Below, piece by piece: positions 1 through 12,170 of a stretch of DNA of 64,000 nucleotides. The stretch is from Octopus bimaculoides (lineage: Eukaryota). The notes below the pieces were generated by a model. That model was not told where the DNA came from, made no database searches, and saw only the letters and a program-made list of their open reading frames with translations. The stretch covers positions 26,087,684 to 26,151,683 of the forward strand of contig NC_068986.1 of the NCBI RefSeq assembly GCF_001194135.2. Reading direction: 5' to 3'. The first letter of the stretch is position 1. Each line of letters opens with the position of its first letter. The position numbers and the translations under genes were made by a program.

Positions 1-31
<31 letters not shown>

Positions 32-1021
32 GTACCAATGCATAAATTTTAAATCAAAATTTAAATTATAGGTGAAATATTGAATTTTACTGATATATTC
101 TTTCACATTAAACGGGACAAAGATAAACTGTCACTGGACACAAACTGAACATCTCTGGTGCAGAAAATTATCAGTTAAAATACAATGACACATATAATAA
201 ATAAAAGGTCTCTGAAAAGTTCCAGAAAATGTTTCAAAGAATTACTAAAAAAAAATAGAATAAAATGGTCAATACTGTTATAGCATATCTATGGGATCTA
301 ACCAAAACATAGTGAAGTATATTAGTGACCAATTGGAGGCAAAGTTCAATTTAGTACCAGTTTGAAAATGCCTAAAGTGAAGACAGACCAGAGTGATTGT
401 AATCAAGTAATGAAACATATCTGAATTTTTTTCTCAATTAGTACATTGTAATGGTTTGTGATTTCCCAGCATTGAGAATGATGAGCTAAACTAATATTTC
501 AGGTGAAAACAACTGATAAATCTAGACTTCTAACTGAGTAAGAAAATACAAATGAATGAAAAATGAAGTTAAAAAAAAAAAGAAAAAAGAAAGAAAGAAA
601 TTTCTCCTCTTTGTCAAAATGAGTATTTTGATATATAAATAGTTTTTGCTAAACTAAGCACAAAATGGACATTTGGACAGCTAAAACAAGAAAACCAATG
701 CAGTATAGACAAATGTTGCTATAGTTCACTGCTTGCAGATACTTTCTTAATTTGCATCAATTGCTATTAGTTGTTGGGCAATACTGGTCTAATATTACAC
801 AGTTTCTTGTCTGTTATATCATTGAAGTACAGAGCTAAACATTTTGATTGTTATTTGGTTAATAATACTTAAAGAAATCATAGATAAATGTATTTTTAAA
901 AAAGAAAAACAGTTGTCAATTTACATCAACCATTAAGGCTTGTGTTGGTAGAATTATTTCTCACAATATACAACTTTTTTTTTTGGAAGCTTTACACACA
1001 AGAGAGAATTTATCTCAAGTA

Positions 1022-1052
<31 letters not shown>

Positions 1053-1479
1053 TTAACAATTCCCTATTAAGTAACTAAACATTATTTAATGTGATTTTTT
1101 TTTTAAACATTTGGCTTGTTGAATGGCTTCCAGACGAATGATATTGATAAAATATATAAATATTAGCAAGTGAGTGTTTGATAAAAATATATATATGTAT
1201 ATATATACCACCTACCAGTACATTATATATTGCAAAGAAAATATTGTATTGATATACATGAGAGTTTGTGAATACACACACATACATACATACATACATA
1301 CATACACACACAATTTATATATGTAATGCAAAAATTAACCTACAAGCTGTTAGGACAATGATAACCAATATTCCAGTATCTTCACAAAAACCAGTTACTT
1401 TTGAGTTAATAAATGAGGAACAGACTAATTTTAAGCATTACAAAATAATAATAAAAATAAATTAAAAATCAAAATATCA

Positions 1480-4400
1480 AAGACTTGGCTTTTTTTTCTC
1501 CAAACTTGCAAGGTCATTCTTTTTTAATTAAAAAAAAACTAAAATTTTAGTTATTTGCTGAAGATCAATAAATAGCAGCAAGACATTTACTAACACATCA
1601 AGAAAATATTGCCTAATACTAAATATTACCAATAGGAGAGACCAATATGGAAGATCAATAGCTGCTAACTAACAGTAGAAAGAAAACCAAAATCAATGAC
1701 CACTTCTGTGACTTGGACTACTATGTTACTGACTACTAACAAGATACTGTCCAGTTTGACAAAAAGAAAAAGTTGAAAATTAAAAACATAAGTATTTACA
1801 TACACACAATTAGTACACAAAACAGGAATATCTGCTAACAAGGTACTAACATATTAAGAAAGAATGGTCAATGGACATTAAAACAGATTGGTCAATAAAT
1901 CAATGAGCACCAACAAAACATTGGCTAGTACAAAATCAAAGATCAATGACCATAAAGAATACATTGACCATTAACCTCAATGAGCACCAACAAAACATTG
2001 ACCAGTACAGACAACAATAATAATCACTATAATACATTGGCCAATAACATCAATGAGCACCAACAGAAAACATCGCCCTGTAGAGAAAACAAAGATCACT
2101 GACCACTGAAAAAACACTGACCAGTAAGAAAAAAAAAATACTACCAATAAGTCTACTACATTGGCCAATGCAATAAAGTATAGATCTGTACAGAAAATAA
2201 ATATTAAATATTAATAATAATAAATACAATGTCAACCAGTTCAGAAAATCAAATATAGATAAAAATAAAATAGAATGAAATAATACTTTGTTTTGTTTTT
2301 TTCGTTTCATTTTGTTTTTTTAACACTATTTATATATGATATAATTTACAGTATTAGAATATTGATCAAACCAAAGTAGATGAAAATGAAAATATTAAGT
2401 ATAGGAATAATCCGTCAAAATAGTGAGATGGCAAAATTAAATCAGCTAACTGCAAACTAATGATGCAATAACAACTATCACTGCATTAGTTGATTCATAT
2501 CAAATGAACAATAATAAACATTTAAATATATCAACATTTCTGAACTTTAGAAAAAAAAAAAAAAATTTGAGATGAAATTTTTTAAAAAATGAAAATCTTG
2601 TCTAGATGATTACTTCCTCATACTTGAATTAATATACCCACCCAGTTTTATTTATATTTAAGTTTTTTTTTTTTTTGCTCTCATAGTTTGATATAAAATA
2701 TCAGAAATGCCCAACTGCTTTTTACTGCCACTAAAATCAAGGAATTATCATAGTTTACTGAAAATACCTCTTAGAGGTCACACACTAGAAATATCCCACA
2801 TTTTGGTATGCTGGTTAAATTATTAACAGGCAACTCAGTGGGATTGTTAATTATTATTATCATTATTAATATTATAATTTGGTTTTAATTTTGCAAGAGG
2901 GAAGGATTTACAGAAGGATTTAATTAAAGAACATTAAAAACCAAAATGAAAAAAAAAAAATAATAATAAAATAAATGTATACATGCTGGCAGTGGTGAAT
3001 ATAACAAATACTAGTAGTAATGAAAGTGACTGAGAACAAAACTTATGAAGAAAATATATATATGTTACACCCACTATGATAAAGAAATGATTAAAAAGAG
3101 TTTAAAGCAATGGATATCACCATAATGGAATGATGGAAAAAAAAAAAAGATTAATTACAAAAATTATATACACACACACACATATATGTATATATATGTA
3201 TGTGTGTGTGTGTGTGTATATATATATGTATATATATATATATATTTATATACACATACATACACACACACACACACACTGAGATACATACACACACACA
3301 TATATATATATATATACACGCAAACATATACATATATACACATATGAGTGAAATTGAAAAAAAAACTAATAAAAATGTATGATAGATTGGATAAAAAAAA
3401 TGTATGGATGAACCCAATGATAAGGTAGCAGGTAGTTCTTCAAGATGAATATACACAACCATAGCTTAACTAAACCCAAACAGCCCAAAATATATGAAAG
3501 ATTAAATTAGTTATGAATATTTTGTAACACTAAAATGCTTTTAGGAATGTTCTGAAAGTTTACTTGAATTTTTAATAGGTATTATTATAGGGATCAATTT
3601 GTGGATTTTTACAGTTAAGTTTACTATACTTCCCATAAATTATTCAAGTGTATGTGTGTGATTGTGTGTATCTGCATGCTTTTTGTGAGTGAGTGTGTGT
3701 GCGTACATGTGAGTGTGTGTGAGACTCAAAAATGAATAAAGTACTTCAGATGAAATGATTTTAACAAAATGAAAAGTATTTTCATTCCTTGCAGCTTGCT
3801 TGTTGGTTGGTTTGCTTTGCACTGCTGAAGTTATCTTCATGTGTTTTTTTTTTTGTTTTTTATATTTTCATTAATGTCTCTTAACGATTAAAAAGATATT
3901 TCAGGTTCTATGTTATTTCAATTACTTAAAAAAAAAAAAGGTGAATATTAAAATTAAGGTGATTTATAAATTTAAACAAATAAAGACAATAACAGTTATA
4001 TCTGTTGTCTTTTTTTTTTCCTCCACAGATAATGTTTGTGGAAAAAACAGTTAATAGAAACAAAGATACTCAACAGCACTGTATAAGTGGGAGGGGGGGA
4101 GGATTGCACAAAAGAATATTTTAATCACCCAAGTGCATACATATACACACACATACCCACACACATACATTCATACATGCACACAGACACAAAATGGATT
4201 TTAGTGGTTAGCAAACCAAGATTATTACAAACAGAGGTTCTAAGTATGATGATAATCATCCAGTCAATTTCTGAAATTTCAGAAAATAAAAGAACATTTT
4301 CAACTGAACGGAAAGTATTTCAGGCAAGATAGCAGTGGTATGAAGAATATGTCCAACCTGTATCCAATCAGCAGTTTACATACTACTGTTTGTTGAGCCA

Positions 4401-5332
4401 TTCTAGTGTGAGATATAAAATTTAGGGCTGTCATTTATAGCCCATGAGTATTCATTAACTGCTACACACTCATTCTATGGTTAAAATAGAGGGTATAAAA
4501 GAATTAACCACGATAAATTAAATTTAGATAAGAACTGATAGGAATATGGGAGATGAATGTAATATGCACACATGCAAAATACATCTTGTGTGCATGTGTG
4601 CATAAACATGCACTCAAAATTCCTATAATTACATACAGAGAATATTTTGTAATCAAACAAAAATATACAAAACACGTCATAAAAAGTTCATTCAACAACT
4701 TAAAAGCAACAATTTACTTTATGGGCTTAGCAGTGTTTTTTTTTTAAAGTTCAATTTTAGATTTATTATTCAGTTATTCAAAAATTTTTTTCAAATGAAT
4801 TTCAGAATTTTAAGTTAAAAAGCTTTCTAAATATTTACCTAAGGATTTAAGAGATCTTGGAGGGGAGGGGGAAGTGACTACTATATATAATAAAGCAGAT
4901 TTTCACCAGTGTATACCACGACTAGAAATCAGGTACTTTGGAGCAAGTGAATAAATATATAGTCCTTCAAAGACTGACTAAAAGTTGGCGTGTAGCAGTC
5001 AGATGTCAGCTGATAAGTGAGTGAGCAAGCTAAGGGACTGGGAGAGCCTTTTCATCAATATCTGGACAGACCATAGATAACCCATAATACTGGCCATAGT
5101 TTCTACATGCTGATGTATCACAAAGTAGCTTCATCACTACTGCTGTTGCTGCTTTTTGTGTGTGTGTGTCAGTCCCATCCTGGATATCGCTATGATGAAG
5201 AGAAGAGACTTGCTTTCCAAGCTGCCATTAAGCACCAACAAGGACAACCATCACCAGCAGCAGCAGAAGTCAGAATAAGAGAAACTGACAAATAGCCTGC
5301 TGCTGGTTAAAAATGGGGACCAAAAACTATTT
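1480..5332 (-). other. Putative long 3' UTR of the X11/Mint gene; distal boundary uncertain
   Basis: Follows the stop codon. No recognisable SINE copies over ~4 kb, unlike the introns; U-rich on the mRNA strand. Possible AATAAA signals on the minus strand near 4763 and 2646. The true end cannot be fixed from sequence. Confidence 0.5.
1900..2125 (-). repeat. Degenerate ~75-bp tandem repeat, about 3 copies
   Basis: The 16-mer tcaatgagcaccaaca recurs at 1900, 1977 and 2050 (spacing 77 and 73), interleaved with attgacca/attggcca/actgacca motifs. Confidence 0.8.
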
Positions 5333-5404
5333 TCACAAATAATGAGGAGTTTCTTGACCAGTCAGTAACCTAAAGATTGATGTTGGCATTGTTTTCATGT
5401 GAAT
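5333..5404 (-). CDS. lin-10: X11/Mint/LIN-10 terminal coding exon: IHMKTMPTSIFRLLTGQETPHYL*
   Basis: Not in the ORF track. Acceptor ttttcAG at 5406-5405; 23 codons then TGA at 5335-5333. Matches the X11 C-terminus IHMKTMP..FRLLT.QE.P.Y(I/L). Confidence 0.96.
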   Translation of the reverse strand: MHMKTMPTSIFRLLTGQETPHYL

Positions 5405-7093
5405 CTGAAAATAAAGAGAAAAATCAAAATTGAAAGGAATTGTAGGAAACACTACAATAAATCAATAAAAGAAAAATTTTGTAAATGATATAAAACTCTG
5501 TTGTTTAATAAAAATTAGGAAGGTAAAGAAAGTCATTAAACTGTGCAAGTTGGAGAAAACTATATTTAATATTTCACCTTAAACAAATCTAATCTTGAAC
5601 TAGAAAATTTAAAAGGAAAGTTGACTGCTAAATAACACCATAACTGTCAAAATATGCTCATAAACACACTGTATGGCAAGGCTGTGTGGTTTGTGATATT
5701 GAAAACTACACAATAAGCTGTTGATAACCAAGAATTATTATATTATTAGGTAGCTGCAAATGCCTAATAAGTATTGTCACTTCCATACATATGTTAACTA
5801 TCAAAGGTCTCAACAGAGATCCTAAATTTTACATTTTAACAGCTATTGACAGGTATTTTAAAAGCAAAGTTGCTGTTCATGTGCCCTACATTTATGGATG
5901 GTCAGATGGTGGTACTGTCTATATAAAACTTGCAACATTCAATGCACTCCACAGGATACATCCATAAGTATCAAGGCATTCGTCTGCATTCCATTGGAGC
6001 AGACTGCCATTGTGAATGTTCTGTCAGAATCAGAGGTCAATATTTTTAATAAAAAATTTTGAATTTAACTTTATAGAGAAGGTCCTTCTCTTTGTACAGT
6101 TGACCTAGTCATCAATTTCTGAAACGCAGACCACTGAAGCAGTGGTAATATATTTATTACAGAAACAGTACTTATTACATCCTGTAGCACTGGATCAGAA
6201 TTGTCTTGAGATTTGATTATCAACAGTTTATTGCACAATTTCAATATTGCTCTCCTCCTATACTTTCCATACATATCTGTGTGTGTCTTAACAGTTTTAG
6301 TGTCATTTTTAAGGTTTAATTCCCATTTCAATTTTTTCAATACAAGATTATAGTTTATATGTTTTGAAATATTAATATAATTTTCTCCAACTTTGCACCT
6401 TTGTTAAGTAGCTTTTATTACACCTTATTTCTTTTATTTGGTAAAAAACAATGGTTCAAGAATTAAAATATACCAAAAAGGAACAAATTCTGATGATACG
6501 CATTAGAAATTATAAAATAATTAACAAATACAGTATGATTAAGGTCACACTTAAAACAACAACAGCAATACACAAGCACACACACACACACACTCTAGAG
6601 GGCATTATGAACTTGTAGAAAGATATAGAAAAACAGGTTATATTTAGGCAAAATATAAAACAGACTATCTCAAATAAAATTACATAGGATTACAACTGGA
6701 AAAGTTATAGAACAAAGGACTATTCTACATAATAAATGTCACTAATATAGTTTTCTATGTTACCATGGATTGACAATATAACATCTCTTATTTATCTTTA
6801 TCATTTATCATTTATCATCAGGATATGGAATCATAGTTGCTATGTTTCTGGTAAAACAATTGGGAAAGAAGTATTATGCCTTTACATGTTGAATTACTAA
6901 ATTACTATAGGCAGTGAGTTTATTATGAAGCTGAAAGCATAAGATAGCATCAGACGAATTCTTGTCATTCTAATTCTTGAGGTCTGAAAATAGGAGTCTT
7001 GGACTGCATGCCAATAGGGGGAAATGTAAGAAATAAAAAGGAAAAAGGGAGAACTTGTAGAGTAAATAAATAAGGTAAATGCAATATACTTAC

Positions 7094-7234
7094 TTCCCCA
7101 ACAGAATTGGCCAACAATGCAACAATTTTCTCATGTTGTACAGCAACAACACTTTGATTATTGATCTCAATTATTCTGTGACCCACACGAACACCACCTC
7201 GCTCCGCAATTCCACCACGCAGGAGGCTGCAAAT
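7094..7234 (-). CDS. lin-10: X11/Mint/LIN-10 coding exon, PDZ2: [47 protein letters not shown] (47 codons)
   Basis: Acceptor gtAG at 7236-7235, donor GAA|GTAAGT at 7093; 141 nt. Near-identical to the APBA PDZ2 core [20 protein letters not shown]. Confidence 0.97.
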
Positions 7235-9033
7235 CTACAGTAAGGTAGATGAAACATAAATCTATAAGACATTTTGTACAAAATTATGGTGAAAATTTGA
7301 TAAAAATTTAAACCAAAAGAAAGAAAATAAACAAAACAAACAAATCCTATTATATTATTGTTATACGCCTGACAGTATATAATAACTGATTTTCAGAATC
7401 AATAAAATAAACTCCAGTGATATCCTGAGGTTTAGACAGTTAACTAAACCGCTACCCTTCGCCAAAAATATATTTAGTGTAAAGAAATCATTATTACCAT
7501 TATTATAAATGTTACTGTACTAATATAAATGCACAAGCACAAATAGAAAATAATTCGCATCTCTAAGCAATGTCAATTTTTGTTATTGAAATCTACAACT
7601 TCAAAAAGAAGATCAATGCTTCTTATCTCTTCCATCAGAAAAATATATTTTACTATCTGTAGCTTTGTAATAAATGACACTACAATCTAAGACTGTCCTT
7701 CTTTTGTTATACGTATCATTGCCTTATCAGATTTCAAACCAACTCATCCAAGTACTCCATTATATTATGTCTATGTTTATAGCACCCAACAAGTCTTATG
7801 ATCTTTTTATTTAAATACATTTACTTCATAAGATGCCAATGATGATGATGATGATGATATTGCAAAGATAAATTTGTTTTGTTTTGCCACACTATTTGCT
7901 TATTCATTTTTTAAGTAAAGATTAGTTGGATAGTTCTGAAAATCTAGATGCATGCATGAAATATCAAGTGCTTCAACCTCGAAATAAGTGTGGCACCTAT
8001 TTTCTTTAGGTGTGTAGACCAATATAACAAATACTCCATGTGTAAGGATTAGACTTATGGGTTAATAATCCAGTACTATTTCTAAAGAAAGTCAACAATT
8101 TCAAATTCCACCGATAGTAATAACAGCATATGTTGCTACTACATATGATCAACATTATCTCCATTAACACTATTAACACTTATTAAAACACGGTAAAACT
8201 ACCACCATTTTCATGTTTACTTAACTAGGTTTATAATTAGGAAGTAATTCCTGTAAGCAGAGCTCAGTTTACAAATGATTGATTATTATCTTTGACTCAA
8301 TGTCTAAGTACAATTTTTACATCTGTTCTTCCATGCTAATATGAACTGAAAGACTAAAGTGTCATAGGACTCTATTCATAATAATGGAGCAAGTAACAAA
8401 TATCTCATGCTGTTATATTCATGATGGTTCACAGGTCTGAACGTAAATCCACAAATCTGTAGTTTGCATATATCATCACATTTCAGACCTATAAACTGTC
8501 ACAACAGCTGTACATTCATCCAGACACTCTGGCTTCCACAAACATGCCTATGTCAAAATCTTTTGGACTAATAACCTCTCTTCGTGCTACATTCTGTAAA
8601 TTGGTTGATGACAGGAAAGGCATCAAGTGGTACAAACTATACCAAAAGTGGAATGTATGAATAAGACATGGGCTTCACATGCAGTATTGCAAGTTACTCA
8701 TCAAGAAGGGTAGTAATTCTAAATAAGAAACAAAACAAAACAAAGAAAGTGGACTGTTCAGCCCAGTTCACATCGGAGCCCCCTTGTCTGACCCATGCCA
8801 ACATGGAAAAACAGACACAAAAGTTATGAAGAATGTTAGTAAAATATGTGAATAAAAATGGCAATAACCAGAAGTCTCCAGTGCTCACTTTCAATTTTTA
8901 TTGTTTGAAAGAGGGAGCAAGATTAGAAGCCCTGATACTTCTGCTTCTGCTTGAACTGATAATAAATGATACAAGTATACAGTTGCATGATGCTGGGCAA
9001 GAACACAACAGAACCTAATGTAATACTACTCAC

Positions 9034-9153
9034 CACACCATTTTGTACACTGAAGCCAAGCTGATATTTCACATCTGGTCGTTTGATAAGAACTTCTACC
9101 ACAGGAGGACAAGGCACAACAGTAAGTTTGACCACAGTCTGTTGTCTGGCACC
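9034..9153 (-). CDS. lin-10: X11/Mint/LIN-10 coding exon, end of PDZ1 and start of PDZ2: [40 protein letters not shown] (40 codons)
   Basis: Acceptor gacAG at 9155-9154, donor GTG|GTGAGT at 9033; 120 nt. Contains CPPV and [10 protein letters not shown] motifs. Confidence 0.97.
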
Positions 9154-9454
9154 CTGTCAAAAACAAAATAAAAACATTTTAAAAAAACTTAGAGAATGCA
9201 ATAAAAATTCTCTTCCATCTACTTCAGTATTATATGGGACATGACCCTTGTTTTGATATTAGTAATATAAAACTATTCTCATATACATACACACACACAT
9301 TTGTGTATGTGTTTGTAAATGTATATATACATATATATAATTTTACATGAACAGCACTTTAGTTTCTAATTATTTAGGAATCATATTCAGAGAAAAATAA
9401 TTTCAAGACTCTTTCAAGTACGGAGAAAATTTAACAAAATATTTGCATATTTAC

Positions 9455-9667
9455 CTTAATATAAGTTTGACATGTGGACAATGGTAGGCCAACCATACTG
9501 ATTCCATTTATAGATATGATTTGGTCACCAATATTGAGCCCGCCACATCTGGCTGCCGGACCTGATGGGGCCATATTTGCCAAAACTACAGTGGGGACCA
9601 TTGAACCCCAGCCAGACTCAACTATCACAATACCAATAGGTTCCCCTTTTAATTTGGGAACAATTAC
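9455..9667 (-). CDS. lin-10: X11/Mint/LIN-10 coding exon, PDZ1: [71 protein letters not shown] (71 codons)
   Basis: Acceptor tttcAG at 9669-9668, donor AAG|GTAAAT at 9454; 213 nt. Contains the X11 PDZ1 motifs [15 protein letters not shown] and GLPLSTCQ. Confidence 0.97.
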
Positions 9668-9789
9668 CTGAAATATATAAATACAAATATATTATAATTA
9701 TAAATGTTTCAAGATTTATTTTTATTGCTTGAAAACAGAGCCTTTATGAAATATTATTGAAAGTTCTAATGAATGAATGAATGAATGAA

Positions 9790-9846
<57 letters not shown>

Positions 9847-10194
9847 TAAAAGAACAAAGTCAGAGAAGGAAATAAACTAGAACCAACATATTCACTGTAA
9901 TACTTATTTAACATTATGTCTGATAAATACCAAATCCTGCAATAATAACAGATGACCGATTTCTTCACTCGCAAGGAAGACACAAGTGTAGAGGAAAGTC
10001 TGCAGTTATAGAGTCACCATAGCAGGAGAAAGATTAATATAGTCTAACCCTTTTGTTACCATATTCCTGTTGAAATATGCTTTTGTTTCAATTGTTTTCG
10101 AAAATAATGAAGAATTTAGCAAATTCGTTATTAAGGTGGTGTTTCAATTATAAATTAACATGAAATTTTGATTGAAGGTTTTATTCTTTTACTG

Positions 10195-10420
10195 GTTTCA
10201 GTCTTTTGATTGTGGCCATGCTGGAGCATAGCCTTGAAGGGTTTTAGTCGAAAAAATTGACCTCAGGACTTATTATTTTAAGCCTAGTACTTATTCTATT
10301 GGTCTCAGTTGATGAACTGCTAAGTTACAGGAAAGTAAACACACCAACACTAGTTGTCAAGCAATGATTGGTGGTGGTGGTGGGGGTGCAAACATAGACA
10401 CTATAGTAGAAGACACTTCT
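10195..10420 (-). mobile_element. 3' half of the same SINE family in reverse orientation
   Basis: Reverse complement aligns by eye with 39060-39250 (gtaacttagc, atagaataagtactaggctta, tgctccagcatggcc). Confidence 0.75.
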
Positions 10421-11234
10421 CCAAGGGCAATGCTAAAATATTTCTTCCCCTACCTAATACATTATGCTTATGAAAATAAATTACATTTACAATATACCTC
10501 AATGAAAAGAACAAAGGAGAAAGGTAAATAATTCAAACTGACAATTCAAACTACTCTCCTGAGGCAGTTTCTAGCCTTTATGACTTTTTTTGTCTGCCTC
10601 ATTTGTTTATTATGCTCTTTTTCAGGCAGTAACTACCTTTCATCAACTTCTTTGTATGCTAGTCTTTCCTTTTTATCCTTCTTTATTAAAAAAGGAGTAA
10701 AGGGCATGTACATGCAGATCTGCTCTCATAGCACACATGTGTGTGTGGGTGAGTGAGTATGTATGCATACATGCTTAGCACCACATTGACTTGTGTTTGA
10801 AAGTATTTCACAACATGCACTCTCTCCCCTCCTTGATCTGTCTTCTCTTCCCTAACTGTCAACTATTGCCTAATGAAAAATTTGAAAATTGATGTGCCAC
10901 AAGGACAGGAGTCATTCATCCCCTCTTACCCTACCACTACCCCAGTCAACTAAAAATAAATAAATAAATAAATAGCTCTGTTTCCTTTTTTTATCGTTAT
11001 TAAATCATAATGATTCTCCTGTTTCTTATCCTCACAGTTCAAAACCACAGTCTACAATTTATAATTCCCCAACTTCCTTCTCTTTCATTTAAATTACTCA
11101 CTGTAGATGCCTTGTAAAACTGTATGCATTCTTACAAAACCACTTCTCTTTCTCTATTGTTACCTTTTCATTTTCCCATTTTCCATTTCCCAAAACTATC
11201 TTTTCAATGCTCCAGTCAACTTCACTTCAATCCC

Positions 11235-11267
<33 letters not shown>

Positions 11268-11269
<2 letters not shown>

Positions 11270-11910
11270 AATTAAAAGAAGAGTGCCATTTGTTATCTGG
11301 TGAACGATATTTCGACATCTCGTGTGTCTTCAACTGGTTCAAAAAATAAATTTGTCAATCTACTTCATTTTGGTTAATATAGAAAGGATTGACTCTATAT
11401 CTTCAGGAGGAGTTACCTCAATCCTTTCTATATTAACCAAAATGAAGTAGATTGACAAATTTATTTTTTGAACCAGTTGAAGACACACGAGATGTCGAAA
11501 TATCGTTCACCAGATAACAAATGGCACTCTTCTTTTAATTTTGACTCTATATCTTCAGGAGGAGTTACCTCAATCCTTNNNNNNNNNNTTAAAATTAAAA
11601 GAAGAGTGCCATTTGTTATCTGGTGAACGATATTTCGACATCTCGTGTGTCTTCAACTGGTTCAAAAAATAAATTTGTCAATCTACTTCATTTTGGTTAA
11701 TATAGAAAGGATTGACTCTATATCTTCAGGAGGAGTTACCTCAATCCTTTCTATATTAACCAAAATGAAGTAGATTGACAAATTTATTTTTTGAACCAGT
11801 TGAAGACACACGAGATGTCGAAATATCGTTCACCAGATAACAAATGGCACTCTTCTTTTAATTTTGACTCTATATCTTCAGGAGGAGTTACCTCAATCCT
11901 TTCTATATTA
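11268..11910. repeat. Palindromic/tandem element X-L-X'-L, duplicated across a 10-N gap and embedded in (ATT)n
   Basis: ~124-bp X (11268-11391), spacer L (11392-11416), reverse complement X' (~11417-11541), then L again. The same block repeats from 11591 to 11910 with apparently identical sequence. Confidence 0.85.
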
Positions 11911-11950
11911 TTATTATTATTATCATTATTGTCATCATCATCATTATTAT

Positions 11951-12170
11951 TAGGGTGATGACCTGGCAGATTCATTACCATGATGCTGGGCAAAATGCTT
12001 AGTGGCATTTCTTCTGGCTCTTTATGTTCTGAGTTCAAATTCTATCAGGGTCAACTTTGCCTTTCATCCTTTTGGGGTTGATCAAATAGGTACCAGTAAA
12101 ATACTGAGGCTGATGTAATCGACCCCCCCACCACCACTCTCCTTGAAATTGTTGGCCTCGTGCCAAAATT
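11951..12170 (+). mobile_element. SINE of the same family as 33551
   Basis: gagttcaaattc (B-box-like), gtcaactttgcctttcatccttttggggttgat; flanked by (ATT)n. Confidence 0.8.

Noticed and set aside
1900-2125. CRISPR-like repeat-spacer array
   Set aside because: Eukaryotic context, the inter-repeat segments are homologous to each other rather than unique, and there are no cas genes.
1075-4747. Many 60-100 aa ORFs rich in YIYI, HTHT and CVCV
   Set aside because: Translations of dinucleotide microsatellites; the same applies at 38-39 kb and 49-50 kb.
5327-5335. Stop-codon readthrough extension of X11
   Set aside because: TGA is followed by AAA TAG, and readthrough would destroy the PDZ-binding C-terminus.
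11591-11910. Second copy of the palindromic block as a true tandem duplication
   Set aside because: It appears identical to the first copy and is separated by a 10-N gap, so it may be an assembly overlap. Only the palindrome within one copy is trusted.
11107-12038. Two ORFs sharing KLKEECHLLSGERYFDISCVFNWFKK
   Set aside because: Produced by the inverted repeat; no start context, splice sites or homology recognised.
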